From Paragordius varius (taxonomy: Eukaryota; Animalia; Nematomorpha): 64,000 bases of DNA. The notes below the pieces were generated by a model. That model worked only from the letters and a program-made list of their open reading frames with translations. It was not told where the DNA came from and did not search any database. Of this stretch, positions 39,122 to 52,785 are shown piece after piece; position 1 is the stretch's first letter; every line of letters begins with the position of its first letter. Position numbers and translations under genes: made by a program. The stretch is taken from positions 1,674,001-1,738,000 of the forward strand of contig OZ176053.1 of NCBI GenBank assembly GCA_964247055.1, in the 5' to 3' direction.

Positions 39122-40080
39122 CTAGCGCAAATCTCGTGCTGCTACGCAGCCCGAGGAAGTCCTTCCGACTTCTGGGAGGGGAGGGGGGCATTTTGGATTT
39201 TATAAGCAATTTTGTTATGCGTCACGAAGTTTTAAAATGATTAGTCTCATATTCTGAAATTCGGCTCCAAAGGCATGATGTATCGATATGATGGCGCAGT
39301 TGTAGGCGGGTAGCCCCCAGGCCAATATAAAAATGTAGTTAGATAAATTTTGCCTTTATTAGAATCAGCGTTCATTCCTAATAGTTTATGGAAGAATGGC
39401 TTCAAAACTAAATGATAGTTCAATGATAGCGCATTTTTTAGAGAGTAAAGGGTTTATTTAACAGCTAATTCGAAAAATCCACTCGACTATTTTTGACTTT
39501 TTACGGGTAATACTTTAAGCAGCTATTGAACTCATATGGCCTAATTTCAGAAATTTAGCCCCAAAAGCACGCTATTTCGATATGACGGGTCAGTTTTTCG
39601 CGGGTAGCTCCTTACTCAGCTATCATCAAAGAAACGCTTGATTAAAATTTTTGCCTTTTAGGGTGGAATCCTTATTGTGGGCGAAAAATAGATTCAAAAA
39701 ATTTTTGTGGATTTTGTTTTTTTGAAAAAAATGGCATAATACGGGGGAAGTGGGTAAAAAGAGGGCTTAAATTATAAAAGTGAACCGACTATGTTTGGCG
39801 CAATCAAAAATAGGTAAACAAAAATCATATTTGAAATTGAATGGTCCAACACGTTATCCGGAAAATTGTCTTAAAGACACGATTTTTGTGGACTTTTGTT
39901 TTCAAAAAAAACCCGTTTTTCACACGGGGTGGGCCCGAACTGGGGGCCTAATTCAAAAAAAGGGCGAAGCTATTGACGGGACATTCATTAATGATTATAT
40001 CAATGTTTGGTTTTGAATGGGTCTACCGGTTTTCCGGAAACAGATCACAACAGGATTTTCCATTTTTATAAATATATAGA
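39122..40080 (-). mobile_element. Non-autonomous Helitron, copy a
   Basis: On the minus strand: 5' A|TC, 3' CTAG|T, and a GC-rich hairpin CTCGGGCTGCGTAGCAGCACGAG about 10 nt before the 3' end. No TSD. Absent at the homologous site in the S2 unit (about 30325). Confidence 0.82.
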
Positions 40081-40226
40081 TTACAAATCGATATTTTATG
40101 TGTTTAATTATTTTAAAATGTATTACACCTGTTTATGACGTTTGACTCCCATTTTTATGGATAGCCTATTGAATGACGGCATTTTTAAAGTAAAATAATT
40201 AAAAATCTATTTATTGTAAAAAGAGA

Positions 40227-41999
40227 TCATTTATTATATTGTAGATATTGTAATACGCTGCCACATTTTTTGTTGATGTAAGAAATTTCCCTGGGCTTGA
40301 GCTTAATTTTCCAATCATGAAAATGTTCGGTGGGATTTTTACGATAAGTATTAAAACTTTCTTCAATCTAGGACCAAGTCGATTTTATTAACCTTGGATT
40401 ATCATAATTATTATATTGCTGATGACCATAAACAACTAATTTTGGATTTAAACTGGTTGATGGCAAATTCAAAAATGTCAAAATTTTTGCCATAGTAAGT
40501 GTATCTTGTGTCACCAAGTCTTCATATTTTACAAGTTTAATAATATTTTTATGCGATAATAACTTATACGTATTGAGATCATTGGACATGCTAGAACACA
40601 ATTTCTTAACCATAGTCTGAAACGGATTTATAGTATTCCAATGTAATTTAATGCGACTTGATATGATGGCCCTAGGGTCTCGAACCAGGAAGACATAAGA
40701 AAATTGAGTATCTGGAACTAATATGATATAATGTATAGGGATAAATTTATATATTATCCTTTAAATAAATATTTTTAATAATAAAAAAAGATTTTTTTTA
40801 ATATATGATATTTGGCTTTTATGGGGAGATAAAACTAAAAAAGAGTTATATCTGTTTTTATAAAATTGAACCAAACTCAACATTTTTCTGTAGAACCGCT
40901 TTCCTGAAAAGACGATTTCAAACCGTTTTCAAAATTGACTGCGGCCCGAATTCTAGATCATCAAGCATACTTTAGATTTTTTCGAAATATTAGCATACAT
41001 GTTTTATGCCTTAAATAGTATTATTTTGTAGCAATTTATTCACACTCCAGGATATGTGTAAAATAAATTTTTTTATCAAAAATAGTATCATTAAACAAAA
41101 AACAATGGAATTAGGACCACTTTATCTCCGCAAAATATTAAAAATCAGAACGAATTGCAGCAAAAACATTTTATTGCCACTAAATAGAACCGGAACCAAA
41201 AACGAAATTATTTACCTCCGTATATACTATTGACATTATGAATCATCCCTGAAGTTACCGTGTAAGACTTGGAATATTCGGAATTCACTTAAATTCACTC
41301 TTAAATAATTTAAGGTCGACAATTCAAAAAATAAAATGGTAAATTAGGGTTGGAGTAGTGTTGATCAAAGAATAATTTAATTTTTTATGCTATTTATAAG
41401 GGTTATTAATTTTCTATACTTGGTTATTAAAGATATGTTGGTATATCTTATTGTAATTTTATGTGACTTTTTTTTATCACTTTTGCCATAACTTTTTTTG
41501 ATTTATAAAAGAAACTACATAAATAATGCTAATTAAATTAAACTTTCAGAAGATATTGACAGGTAGGTTGAAAGAGGTCCGCGGACAAACTTAAATATTT
41601 TTGTCGGATATTTGAGACACAGTTGTTGAAAAATGTATTTTGTTATGAGCGAAAATTTGTTCTTTGTCAAACAATTCGGATTGGTACAAAGTAATTTTGT
41701 ATGGTACGACTTCGAGGTAAGATAAAGTATTTGTAATTTAGGGCAAAACTAAGCCATCTTAGTCCGATAAATAATTGATGTCACATTGAATCAGGGCTTG
41801 CATGAGTCCTAAAATAAGTGTTTGTAAATGGGCTTTTAAGTAGACAGCATCGATGTTCCCATCTATTTTATTGTGGTAAAAATTGGCTGGTTCATGAATG
41901 TATATACCATCTAAGTAAGTGTCCAGCTTTTTAGCCAGCAGTGTTGTACCTCCTCGCATATATCCATATATTACGATGGCGTTTTATTCTTCGATGTTT
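40227..41999 (-). pseudogene. Sulfotransferase copy S3 (pseudogene)
   Basis: Exon A (41999-41544) has several 1-4 nt deletions. Exon B (40711-40227) has a net 9-nt deletion creating TAG after KSTWS. Confidence 0.88.
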
Positions 42000-44634
42000 C
42001 TAGTAAAAATAATTATAGAGCTTTGATTACTGAAAAACATTTCTAAATTATAATTTAAACAAACTTATTTGCGCGTATATAAATTAATAATAATTGATCA
42101 ATAGTTTAATATATAATATATATATATATATATATATTTTCCTGAAAAATACTCTTTTAATGAGACTTTCTAGGGCGTCGCAAAATGACAAAAGCAAGAA
42201 TTTTGGCAAAAACAAATTGTCATAATTAGAGGAGCAAAAATTTAATGGCTCATTTTGACTTATTACTGTCTGCGAAAATGGGGAAATCTATTAAACACTT
42301 TGCTCGATATCTTAGTAAGAGAAAAAGAATAAAATACCAATACAAGTCATTTGAGTATTTCTCCGATTAATCAAAATCAAAAAATCGCATTTTCCGCACA
42401 TCAGTACTAAGAATAGGTTTCCCCCGTATCCTTATTTTGTCTTATAAAAGAAGAATTAAATTTAAACAAAAAAATGGGGAAAAGCCTTTTTAACTACAAT
42501 TAAATACTATATACTATACATATTTAGCTTTATATAATAAACATTATTTGCATCAAAGCGAAAGTATCAAAAATAGTTAACATTTTGGTGCCACTTAAGT
42601 TCCTTAGTTTTCGGTAATAAGTCGATAGAATAATTTAAATAAATGTTTACATAGCTTAAAATAAATAATAATTTTTATGTCAACTAACGATAATCTAATA
42701 ATTTTTAATATATGTTTATGATATGAAAATAGAAATCAAAAAGAAAAATATGTGCGTATTCAAATGTAGAAAAAAGTGCGTTTTGAATTAAATTAATCAC
42801 ATTTCCACCATGCTTCAAAATACCATGAAGTAAGTTTAAAAACGTTTTTGCAAAACTAAATTTTTAGGCAGACTATGCATTTTATTTTTTTGATGTAATA
42901 ATCTGGCATGTATTAAAAATATTGCGTCTCGGAATTTTTGCGTTAATTTAAAAATATTAGCCCATTTTGGGTAATACAAATTTTGTGACTTTCGGAGTTG
43001 TGCTAATATTGCGATTATAAAGCAATCATCTCAATAGCTCAATTAACTTTCTTAAATAACTTATAAGACGCAAAATTTAACAGTCTATGAGAATCCTAAC
43101 AAATTTGTCTATCATAAATTTTATGTTTTTAAGTTTTTTGTGTGCAATCTGTATTGTGCCTATTTAATTTTTTGATAAGAAGTAGATAGTACAAAAGTGG
43201 AAATATTTTTAAATGATCTTTATGGCATAAAACCAACACCATGGGAATCCGAATATATTTTTCTATCGGAATAAATATCGTCAAAATAAATACATTTCAT
43301 CAAAATTTTTACTGGCACTGGGTAATTAGGATTTAAAATAGGAAAAAATGATTAGTAGCTCTAATTTTTTAGCTCATGCACCGATTAGTGATTTCTAATT
43401 TTTTTCTTTATTTTATAACGTAAAGTAAGGAATGTCAAGTACTTTTGAATAAAATTTTTCTTATATTTTAAATAAGAGTTATATTGCGCAATATTGAAAA
43501 TGGATTCAATACATCGCATAATTTATAAAATATTATTTAAACTGACTAGGTCGCTAACATTTGTATTGAAGACTGTTTATGAGTCTCACTGTAACAAAAA
43601 TATCAATCATAACAAAAATTTAATTAAATTTTTTATATTCAGCACCCCTTAACTGGCACTTTGCGGGTGTATAAACCGCCTCCGCCTACCTTACTTTCCA
43701 GTCTAGTTTTATATTTGTCTAAACCAGCCTGATATTACCAGCCAAAATTTGTTTGGTGTTGAACCAGGATATTAAAGAATATATATTACTATTTTTTGGT
43801 GCGACAATATTTTTTAAAATTATTTATACATCGCAAATTCGTTATTAACGCTTCATGACTTTTGATTTTTTTGCCCCAATATAAATATTGGATAGTTTAT
43901 ATGCCAGAGTTGATCAAATAAACTATTTTGAAAAAATTTAGCTAGAACTTAATTATCAAAAATTATTATCATGTATTAGACAAAAAAAGTATATAGTTGT
44001 TTTTTCACAGTTTTATGACTTCTAGAGTCTAAAATTCGGATCTTTGAAAAACAATTATAACGGCCAATTTTTAAATCAAAATATATTAAGTTTGCTCGGC
44101 AAATATAGCCTGAAAACTTTTTAAAGTTAATTATTAAAATTTTCCCATCATAATACACGTTATTAGCCATTTAAAAAATTTATAGATAAGGGCGGCAAAA
44201 AGTTTGAGATTTTCTTGGTCATGCTCATGCCCCTTTGAAATAAAGACTTTACAATAAAAGTCGAAAATTAAAATTTATATTTTTATCATATACGCATTTT
44301 AGCTTTAAATAAATTTCATAATATATAATGCGTAATTCTCTCAATTTTGCTACGAAATGTATTACTCAAACTATTTGTAACAATGTAAATGTGTGGTTTT
44401 CTTTTGTCTTGAGGTTGAGAACTTAAAAGCTAATGTGATGTTGATACCAGGCGCATAAATTATTGTAATTATTGATCATATTTAAATTTTTATACTATTT
44501 ACCAAAAGAAACGAGAATGTTTACGTGTATAATTTAACAAATTACTATGTAAATATTGTAATTTCGATTTTTGAAACCATATAATTAAAACATAAATGTC
44601 GAAAAAATTGTTTGTCCATTTTATGCATTTTAAT

Positions 44635-44899
44635 CAGAGGCGTAGCTTGCATTTCTGGCCCCTGGTGCATGCTGTGATGCACCCCCCCTTCCATGTAATC
44701 CCTTGCATTTCAAAAAAATAAACAGATTCAAACCGTGGACATGACCGCTCATAAATGGGGGTGATTTTTTTTATGTATTATTAATAATAACTTTTAAAAA
44801 CCTATTTTTTGAAATCTAATTAAAGAATTTTAAATCCCACGCTTCTTCAACTATGGCGCCCGGTGCGACCCCCCTTTCCTCCCCCTAGCTACGCCTCTC
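44635..44899. mobile_element. hAT-type MITE (family 1), copy c
   Basis: Same TIRs and host site as 10831 and 34255. Confidence 0.75.
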
Positions 44900-45667
44900 A
44901 TTAAAATTACTATAAAATAGATCTTGCTGCCACAAAAATCAAATGTTATGAGATATTATTGGTCGTATCGGTCTTTTATTTGGTTTAAGTGATTATAAAT
45001 CCACGTGTTCCTTTACATTTTTTTATTAGTAACAATAATTGTTAAAGTGCAAAAAATATAGTAATGCCTGATTTCGTTTGCATTGAAATAGTGTAAACAG
45101 TAATAGAAAAGATAGACAATTTCAAATTCCAATTCCTAATAAATGTGTTATCTTATATCTCTGCAAACAAATTCAGGATGACTGTATAAATATATAACTA
45201 TTCAAATTTAAAATCTCAATGCTAACACACTGAGGAATTAGAATCCCTTTAACCAATTAAAATGCCATGCGACCAATAATAAATTCCGTTAATAAAATTA
45301 AAGTATGGGAAATTATACATTGGTAATATTTGTTTTATTCCCAGATAGCACTTACCGGAAAGAGTTATGATTGGGTTAAGTGGCGCATAAAATATATTTT
45401 TTAGCCAAAAATTGATTTTTTTCTGTAAATGGTATCCGGCAAATTTGATGAAAAACTAGCAATGAATTGTACTCTCTACTGTAGTTTTTACTTTTTAAAA
45501 CTAAATGCGATCCTTGTTAATAAGAAACTATGAGTAAAATTAGTTAACACCTAGTTTTTACATTTATTTAGCAGCCATTTATATATAAATCAAATTCCAA
45601 CACCATCCCATTTGTATTATTGTAAAAAATTTAACTGGAAAAACTTTTTTGTTTATAGGAAAAAAAA

Positions 45668-47747
45668 TTATTTTTCTTCATCTAAACCGAAATCTCCACT
45701 ATTTCCTGAAGAGGAAGATTCTGGATTTGGTGATCTGATTTCGCTAGCATTCAAATTCAATTCATGATTTTCATAGCCCCATATTATCGAATTACATATG
45801 GCAGCATTCATATTTTGTAAATTTATCGTTTCACCATTGTATGCACAAGTACCAATTAGAGTTAGGCCAGTATTAAGGCTTATATCACATAAAACATGGG
45901 AACAACTTAATGGGTTTCCTAAAAAACAACAAAAAATACAGTAAACATGAGATTATACAGACAAAACGCAAAAAGGAAGACAGATGTTTTTTCAAAAATA
46001 GAAAATTATATATTTCAAATATTAATTTTTTTATATTGCGCCACATCATTTTGGGTGCCAAATAAGGGATAGACCAAATTATTCAAAATTCAAAATTGTA
46101 ATTAAATAGTTTATGCAGTTAAACAAGGTTTAAAAAGTATTGTTGTCTATTTTAAAGATATCTTCTTAAAATTTTTCCGTTTTGTTCGTATAATTTCAAT
46201 TTTTACTGTATATTTTTAAAAAATATTTTTTGTTTGAAAATATGATATGTGTAATTTGGAATTGCATATAAAAAACAGACCTGTCAAATCTATTTCCACA
46301 CTGGGAACAGCGGTATGCGCAATAACTGTTGTAATATTATTATTACTTAAATCTATGGTTTGGATATTTTTCAGTTTTGTAAAATCATTCAAATCTAAAT
46401 AATTTATCGCATTTCCGGCGAGCCGAATTATTTGCAATGATGGACTTAGGCCTAAAGAAGATATATTACGAATCCGGTTGTAATCCAAATTAATTCCTTT
46501 TATCTGGTTTAAATTGGAAACATCTAAAGTTACGAATTTATTTCTGGATAATTCTAAGACCTCCAAATTTTTAAGTGTAGGCAAAGTGGTTAAATTTATT
46601 TCTCGAATATGATTATTATTTAAATACAATGATTTTAATTTGGATAGTTTCTCAGTATTTTTAACTGGAGGTGTATTAATGTACGTAATACTATTGGAAT
46701 CCAAATTGACGGTTTCTAAATTTTTGCAATCGCTTATTTCGTCTATAAAATTATCGTTTTTATCGCTTCCAATCATATTTCTTTCAAGGCTCAAATGTTT
46801 TAAATTTTTACTCTTTAAATTACAAATATTTTTCGGGAAGGAAAGAAGCATGTTATCGTCAAACGACAGGGATTCAATCTTAGGTGGGAGAAAGTTCAAA
46901 TTTTTGATTGAAGATTAGTTCCAATACACAAGTCAGTTAGTTGGCTAAAGGCTTGAAGGAATACATACTCGTCGATATCCACAATTTTCGGAGATAGAAA
47001 ATGCAAACTCTCCAGGTTTGTGCATTCTATTTTTTTTAACTCCCTCAGCTCAAGCATACTCAATAGTATGAGTTGTTTAAGAGCTTTATTTTTTAATACA
47101 CCACGAGTTTGGCTAAGGAATGGCATCTTAAAGTTCAAAAAACTTAACTGATTTAATGCATTAAACTTGCTCCAATCCAATCGGCGTATGCGATCCAAAT
47201 CTAACCAAAGTGATTTTATGGGCAAATTTTTGATTTGATTAACAATCGCATAGACCATCGTTTCATTAACTTTAGCATTCAAATCGTAATCTGTAATTTC
47301 CAAGTGGTTTAAATAGCTTAATCTGCCAAACAAATTAGTGTTTTTGGCTAAATCAATCCATCTAACTTGAATTAGGGAGAGAGCGCTTATTCTGACCATA
47401 TCATTCACCTGGATATTCTCAAAAGATAGCTTTGTAAATTTAGACTCAATGATAATAAGAGAAATATTGAGGATAGACTGAATACCATCTCCGCCAGTAA
47501 AATTGGCAAAAATACTTTCTAGGTTTGAAAAATCGATATCGTCCAAACTTTTACATTTAACTGAAGTTTTGATAGCCAAAGGATTAGCTATGGGTTCTTT
47601 GAATGGTTCACACATGCATTTGGGAATAAAATTATGTAAGGTAAAACATAATTTCTCTATCCCGCCATCTTTTAAAGCTGGAGTTGTAGCCGCCAAGCAT
47701 AAGGAGCACAAAACTCCAATAATAATGCAGATATATCTTGAAGTCAT
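45668..47747 (-). pseudogene. LRR copy L6, frameshift
   Basis: Exon 1 (47747-46281) has a 4-nt deletion at about 46908 (LQKIKN region) and a 3-nt deletion. Exon 2 (45918-45668) is intact. Confidence 0.82.
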
Positions 47748-49848
47748 TATTAATTTGAAAAAAAATAATTATATCTCTCCGAAAAAGAAAATTAATTTTA
47801 TATAATTTTTTATACCTTTATTTAAATGTTAAATCTGCTAATAAAATTGTTTGTTATTATACTCAGCATATTTTTTTATTGCTATTTTTTGCGCAATTTG
47901 ATTGAATTCTACGAATTTTAACTCTAAAATCGTAAGAAATACATTCATTACCTTTCGTAAAAACTCGTTGATATGAACCTTATATTATCTTCAAATTACA
48001 TTGTTATCTTAATTTAGGGGATATTTTTATACAAATATAATATAATTTACGTATATTTGCTGTTGTAATACAGTATGCATTTTAATGTTTGCTTATTTCA
48101 CACTATAGTAGGGCAATTTGAAACACAACAATAGTGTATGGAAAAAACAGCAAAATGTTGAATAAACAATTATTTCCTTTCCCTCCAATATGATCATTTT
48201 TAAATATTTTATTAGATTCTAAACAGAAAACTAAAAAAAACTAAAATGATATATAAAGTATTTATTTTAGAGACTTATTCAGCAAGTCTAGGAAATTCGT
48301 CGCACTAAGATTTTATCAACCTTAATTAGCATAAGGTAAAAAAGCTATCTTTTAAATATAATACCATATTAATTTTTTTTGTAATAATGAGCCTTTTTTT
48401 CTCTATATTATATATCAAATTTTAAATCATAGTGTGAAATGAGTTCATATTTACAATTGGCTTAAGTTTTGTTCGATAAAATATAATTTTTTTCGAGAAA
48501 CCAAGTCAAATTGTTTATAACTCTGTTAATAAGAATGATTTAAACATACGATACAAAATGATATACGTAGAGCGGATGATAAATAACAACAAATGGTTAA
48601 AATGAAATTTTTTACAGATTTTGACACTCTTTTTTTCAATATTTAGGATTATACCACCTAACGCTGGTGTATATTCAAAGAAGAAAGCAAATTTTTAATA
48701 GATTTGGATACGGCCACGCGAAACAAAACAGCCGAATAATTAATTTAAGATTAGGCTTAAAAAAACCCTAGAGAAATAGAAGTGGTTCATCTATCCACTA
48801 GGTAAATGTAAACAGGTGCGCAGACTTTGTTTAAAACTAAATTAAAATGCCAAGTTCTATCTAATGAATATTCTTATATTAGCATAACCGTGTAGGAACT
48901 TCTTATTTTTTTGAAATAGCTATATTTGTTTTTTGAGATTAAGCATTCTGTTATTAATTTATATATAATACTTATGCCAATATCACTTGGTCCTTTATTT
49001 GTTGTATATTATATCATTAAGTTTATGATTCTGCTTAATATATCCATCCGCACCAAACTATCCTACTTTGGTCACATTATGAGATGTAACTCATTGGAAG
49101 AGTCCTTGATTTAGGTTTAGTACATACAAAAGGGCGGGAGAATAATAAGGTGGATGGACAATATTCTAAAAGAAAGCAATACCTTGGCAGAACTCAACAT
49201 TAAAACTAAAAATAGCAATTTATAAATAAATTTTACTTACAATATTGCAAAGATCGACCTCAACGTAGCCCTACATCCATCCATTCATTAACATAATTTA
49301 TTATAAATCACAAGATATTATTTTGGGTTTTATTGTTTATTTTTTTTAATTATACGAATTTGTACTTTTCATCATGGATGAAAGCCAATGTTTATGCAAA
49401 AATGACACTTAGCTATTTAAAACCCGGTTTTATATTGTGTTGTATATTTTTACTGTACATTTTTAAATCAGAAAAAGGAGTCAATACTTCTATTATTTAT
49501 AAATTTGTAGCTAAATAAACATAAATAAAACTATAAAAAAGTTTAAACAAAAATATTTATGTATAGAATCAAACCATTACTATAAATTAGCAAATCCTTA
49601 ATCGTTAATAAACCTTATTTATACAAAGTAATAGTTTTCATTAACTGGTCTGGTAATAGTTGTGAAAATTGTTAATCTTCCCCTGGTATGCATGCATGCA
49701 CCAATCAAAGCATATATTAACAAATAAATTTCATACAATTTTTTAGCAGAAATAATAATTTATATCGTGGCGCGATAATTTTAACATGAAATAGCGAAAG
49801 CATGTACAATTTTTCAAAATTATGGCGATGATTATTTTTTTAAAGTTA

Positions 49849-50822
49849 CTAGCGTAAATCTCGTGCTGCTACGCTGCCCGAGGAAGTCCTTCCGATTTCT
49901 GGGAGGGGGGGCATATTTGATTTTATAAGCAATTTTGTTATGTGTCATGAAATTTTAAAATGATTAGGCTCATATTCTGAAATTTGGCTCCAAGGGCATG
50001 CTGTATCGATATGATGGCGCAGTTGTAGGCGGGTAGCCCCCAGGCCAAAATAAATATAGATTAAAATTTTTGCCTTTATACCTAGAATCAGCGTTCATTC
50101 CTAATAGTTTATGGTAGAATGGCTTCAAAACTAAATAATAGTTTAATGATAGCGTATTTTTTAGAGAGTAAAGGGTTTATTTAACAGCTAATTTAAAAAA
50201 ATCCACTCGAAGTAAATTTTTGACTTTGTACGGGTAATACCTTAAGCAGCTATTGAACCCATATGGCCCAATTTCACAAATTTAGCCCCAAAAGCACGCT
50301 ATTTCGATATGACGGGTCAGTTTTTCGCGGGTAGCTCCTTATTCAGCATCTATCATCAAGCTTGACTAAAATTTTTGCCTTTTAACAGGGAATACGTGGA
50401 ATCCTTATTGAATTTTTACGGTCTCATACCTTGGGCGAAAAATAGATTCAAAAAATTTTTTTTTGTGGATTTTGTTTTTTTGAAAATGTCATAATAAGGG
50501 GGGAGCGGGTAAAAAGAGGGCTTAAATTAAAAAAGTGAACCGACTATGTTCGGCGCAATCGAAAATAAAAAATCATATTTGAAATTGAATGGTCCAACCG
50601 TTCTCCGGAAAATTGTCTTAAAGACACGATTTTTGTGGACTTTTGTTTTCAAAAAAACCCGTTTCTCACATGGGGTGGGCCCGAACTGGCGACCTAATTC
50701 AAAAAAGGGCGAAGCTATTGTCGGGGTCAATGATTATATCGATGTTTGGTCTTGAATGGGCCTACCGGTTTTCCAGAAACAGATCACAAAGCCATTATTT
50801 TCCATTTTTATAAATATAGAGA
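49849..50822 (-). mobile_element. Non-autonomous Helitron, copy b
   Basis: Same termini, hairpin and host site as 39122. Confidence 0.82.
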
Positions 50823-50971
50823 TTACAAATCGATATTTTATGTGTTTAATTATTTTAAAATGTATTACACCTGTTTATGACGTTTGACTCCCATTTTTAT
50901 GGATAGCCTATTGAATGACGGCATTTTTAAGGTAAATTAATAATTAAAAATCTATTTATTGTAAAAAGAGA

Positions 50972-52785
50972 TCATTTATTATATTGTAGATATTGTAATA
51001 CGCTGCCACATTTTTTGTTGATGTAAGAAATTTCCCTGGGCTTGAGCTTTATTTTCCAATCATGTAAATGTTCGGTGGGATTTTTACGATAAGTATTAAA
51101 ACTTTCTTCAATCATTGCGTTGTGGGACCAAGTCGATTTTATTAACCTTGGATTATCATAATTATTATATTGCTGATGACCATACACAACTAATTTTGAA
51201 TTTAAACTGTTTGATGGCAAATTTAAAAATGTCAAAAGTTTTGACATAATGCGTGTATCTTGTGTCACCAAGTCTTCATATTTTACAAGTTTAATAATAT
51301 TTTTATGCGATAATAATTTATACGTATTGAGATCATTGGACATGGTAGAACACAATTTCTTAACCATAGTCTGAAACGGATTTATAGTATTCCAATGTAA
51401 TTTAATGCGACTTGATATGATGGCCCTTGGGTCTCGAACCAGGAAGACAAAAGAAAATTGAATATCTGGAACTAATATAATATAATGTATAGGGATAAAT
51501 TTATATATTATCCTTTATATAAATATTTTTAATAATAAAAAAAGATTTTTTTTAATATATGATATTTGGCTTTTATGGGGAGATAAAACCAAAAAAGAGT
51601 TATATCTGTTTATATAGAAGAAAACTCAAAAATTTTGTAGAACCGCTTTAAGCCTAAAAAGACGATTTCGAACCGTTTTCAAAACTGGTACCGCAGTCTG
51701 AATTCTTAATCATTGAGCAATTAGATTTTTTTCGAAATATTAGCAGACAATAATGATTTTTGCCTTAAATATTAATATTTTAAATATTTTGTAGCATCAC
51801 ACTCCAGGATATGTGTAAATTATAAATATTTCAACCAAAATTAGTACCATATAACGAAAAACCATGGAATTAGGACCACTTTATCTCCGCAAAATATTAA
51901 AAATCAGAACGAATTGCAGCAAAAACATTTTATTGCCACTAAATAGAACCGAAACCAAAAACTAAAATATTCACCTCCTCTATACTATTGACATTATACA
52001 TCCCGAACTTTTAAAAGTTACCGTGTAAGACTTGGAATTGAATTCACTTAAATTCACCCTTAAACATTTAATTTAAGGTCGACAATTCGGAAAAAATAAC
52101 TCATCGGTAAATTAGGGTTCAGGAGTAGTGTTGATCAAAAAATAATTTAATTCTTTTATGCTATTTATAAGCGTTATTAATTTTCTATACTTGGTTTTAT
52201 TAAAGATATGTTGGTACCTATTAAGCGTGTTTTATAATATAGATGTGACTTTTTTATCACTTTTACCATGACTTTTTTAGAATTATAAAATAAACTACAT
52301 AATTAATGCTAATCAAATTAAACTTTCAGAAGATATTGAGAGGTAAGTTGATAGAGGTCCGCGGACAAACTTAAATATTTTTGTCGGATATTTGAGACAC
52401 AGTTGTTGAAAAGTGTATTTTGTCATGAGTGAAAATTTGTCCTTTGTTAAACTATGCGGATTGGTACAATTTAAATAATTTTGTATGGTACGACTTCGAG
52501 GTAAGATAAAGTATTTGTAATTTAGGGCAAAATTAAGCCATCTTATGTCCGATAAATAATTGATATCACATTGAATTAGGGCTTGCATGAGTCCTATAAT
52601 AAGTGTTTGTAAATGGGCTTTTAAGTAGGCAGCATCGATGTTCCCATCTATTTTATTGTGGTAAAAATTGGTTGGTTCATGAATGTATATACTATCTAAG
52701 TAAGTGTCCAACTTTTTAGCCAGCAATGTTGTACCTCCTCGCATATATTCATATATTAAGATGGCATTTTTACTTTTCGATGTTT
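50972..52785 (-). CDS. Carbohydrate sulfotransferase-like protein, copy S4 (catalytic exons intact; first exon uncertain)
   Basis: Exon A is 52785-52324 (KNAILIYEYMRGGTTLLAKKLD..IYIHEP..KFVR). After a phase-1 intron, exon B is 51465-50972 (FVFLVRDPRAIISSR..VKYEDLV). These match the 5'PSB, 3'PB and RYEDL motifs of the Gal/GlcNAc/GalNAc 6-O-sulfotransferase (CHST1/3/5) type. About 317 aa without the N-terminal exon. Confidence 0.8.

Noticed and set aside
39780-40016. ORFs at 39780, 50527/50546 and 63063/63082 as genes
   Set aside because: They lie inside the non-autonomous Helitron, are short, and have no recognisable domain.
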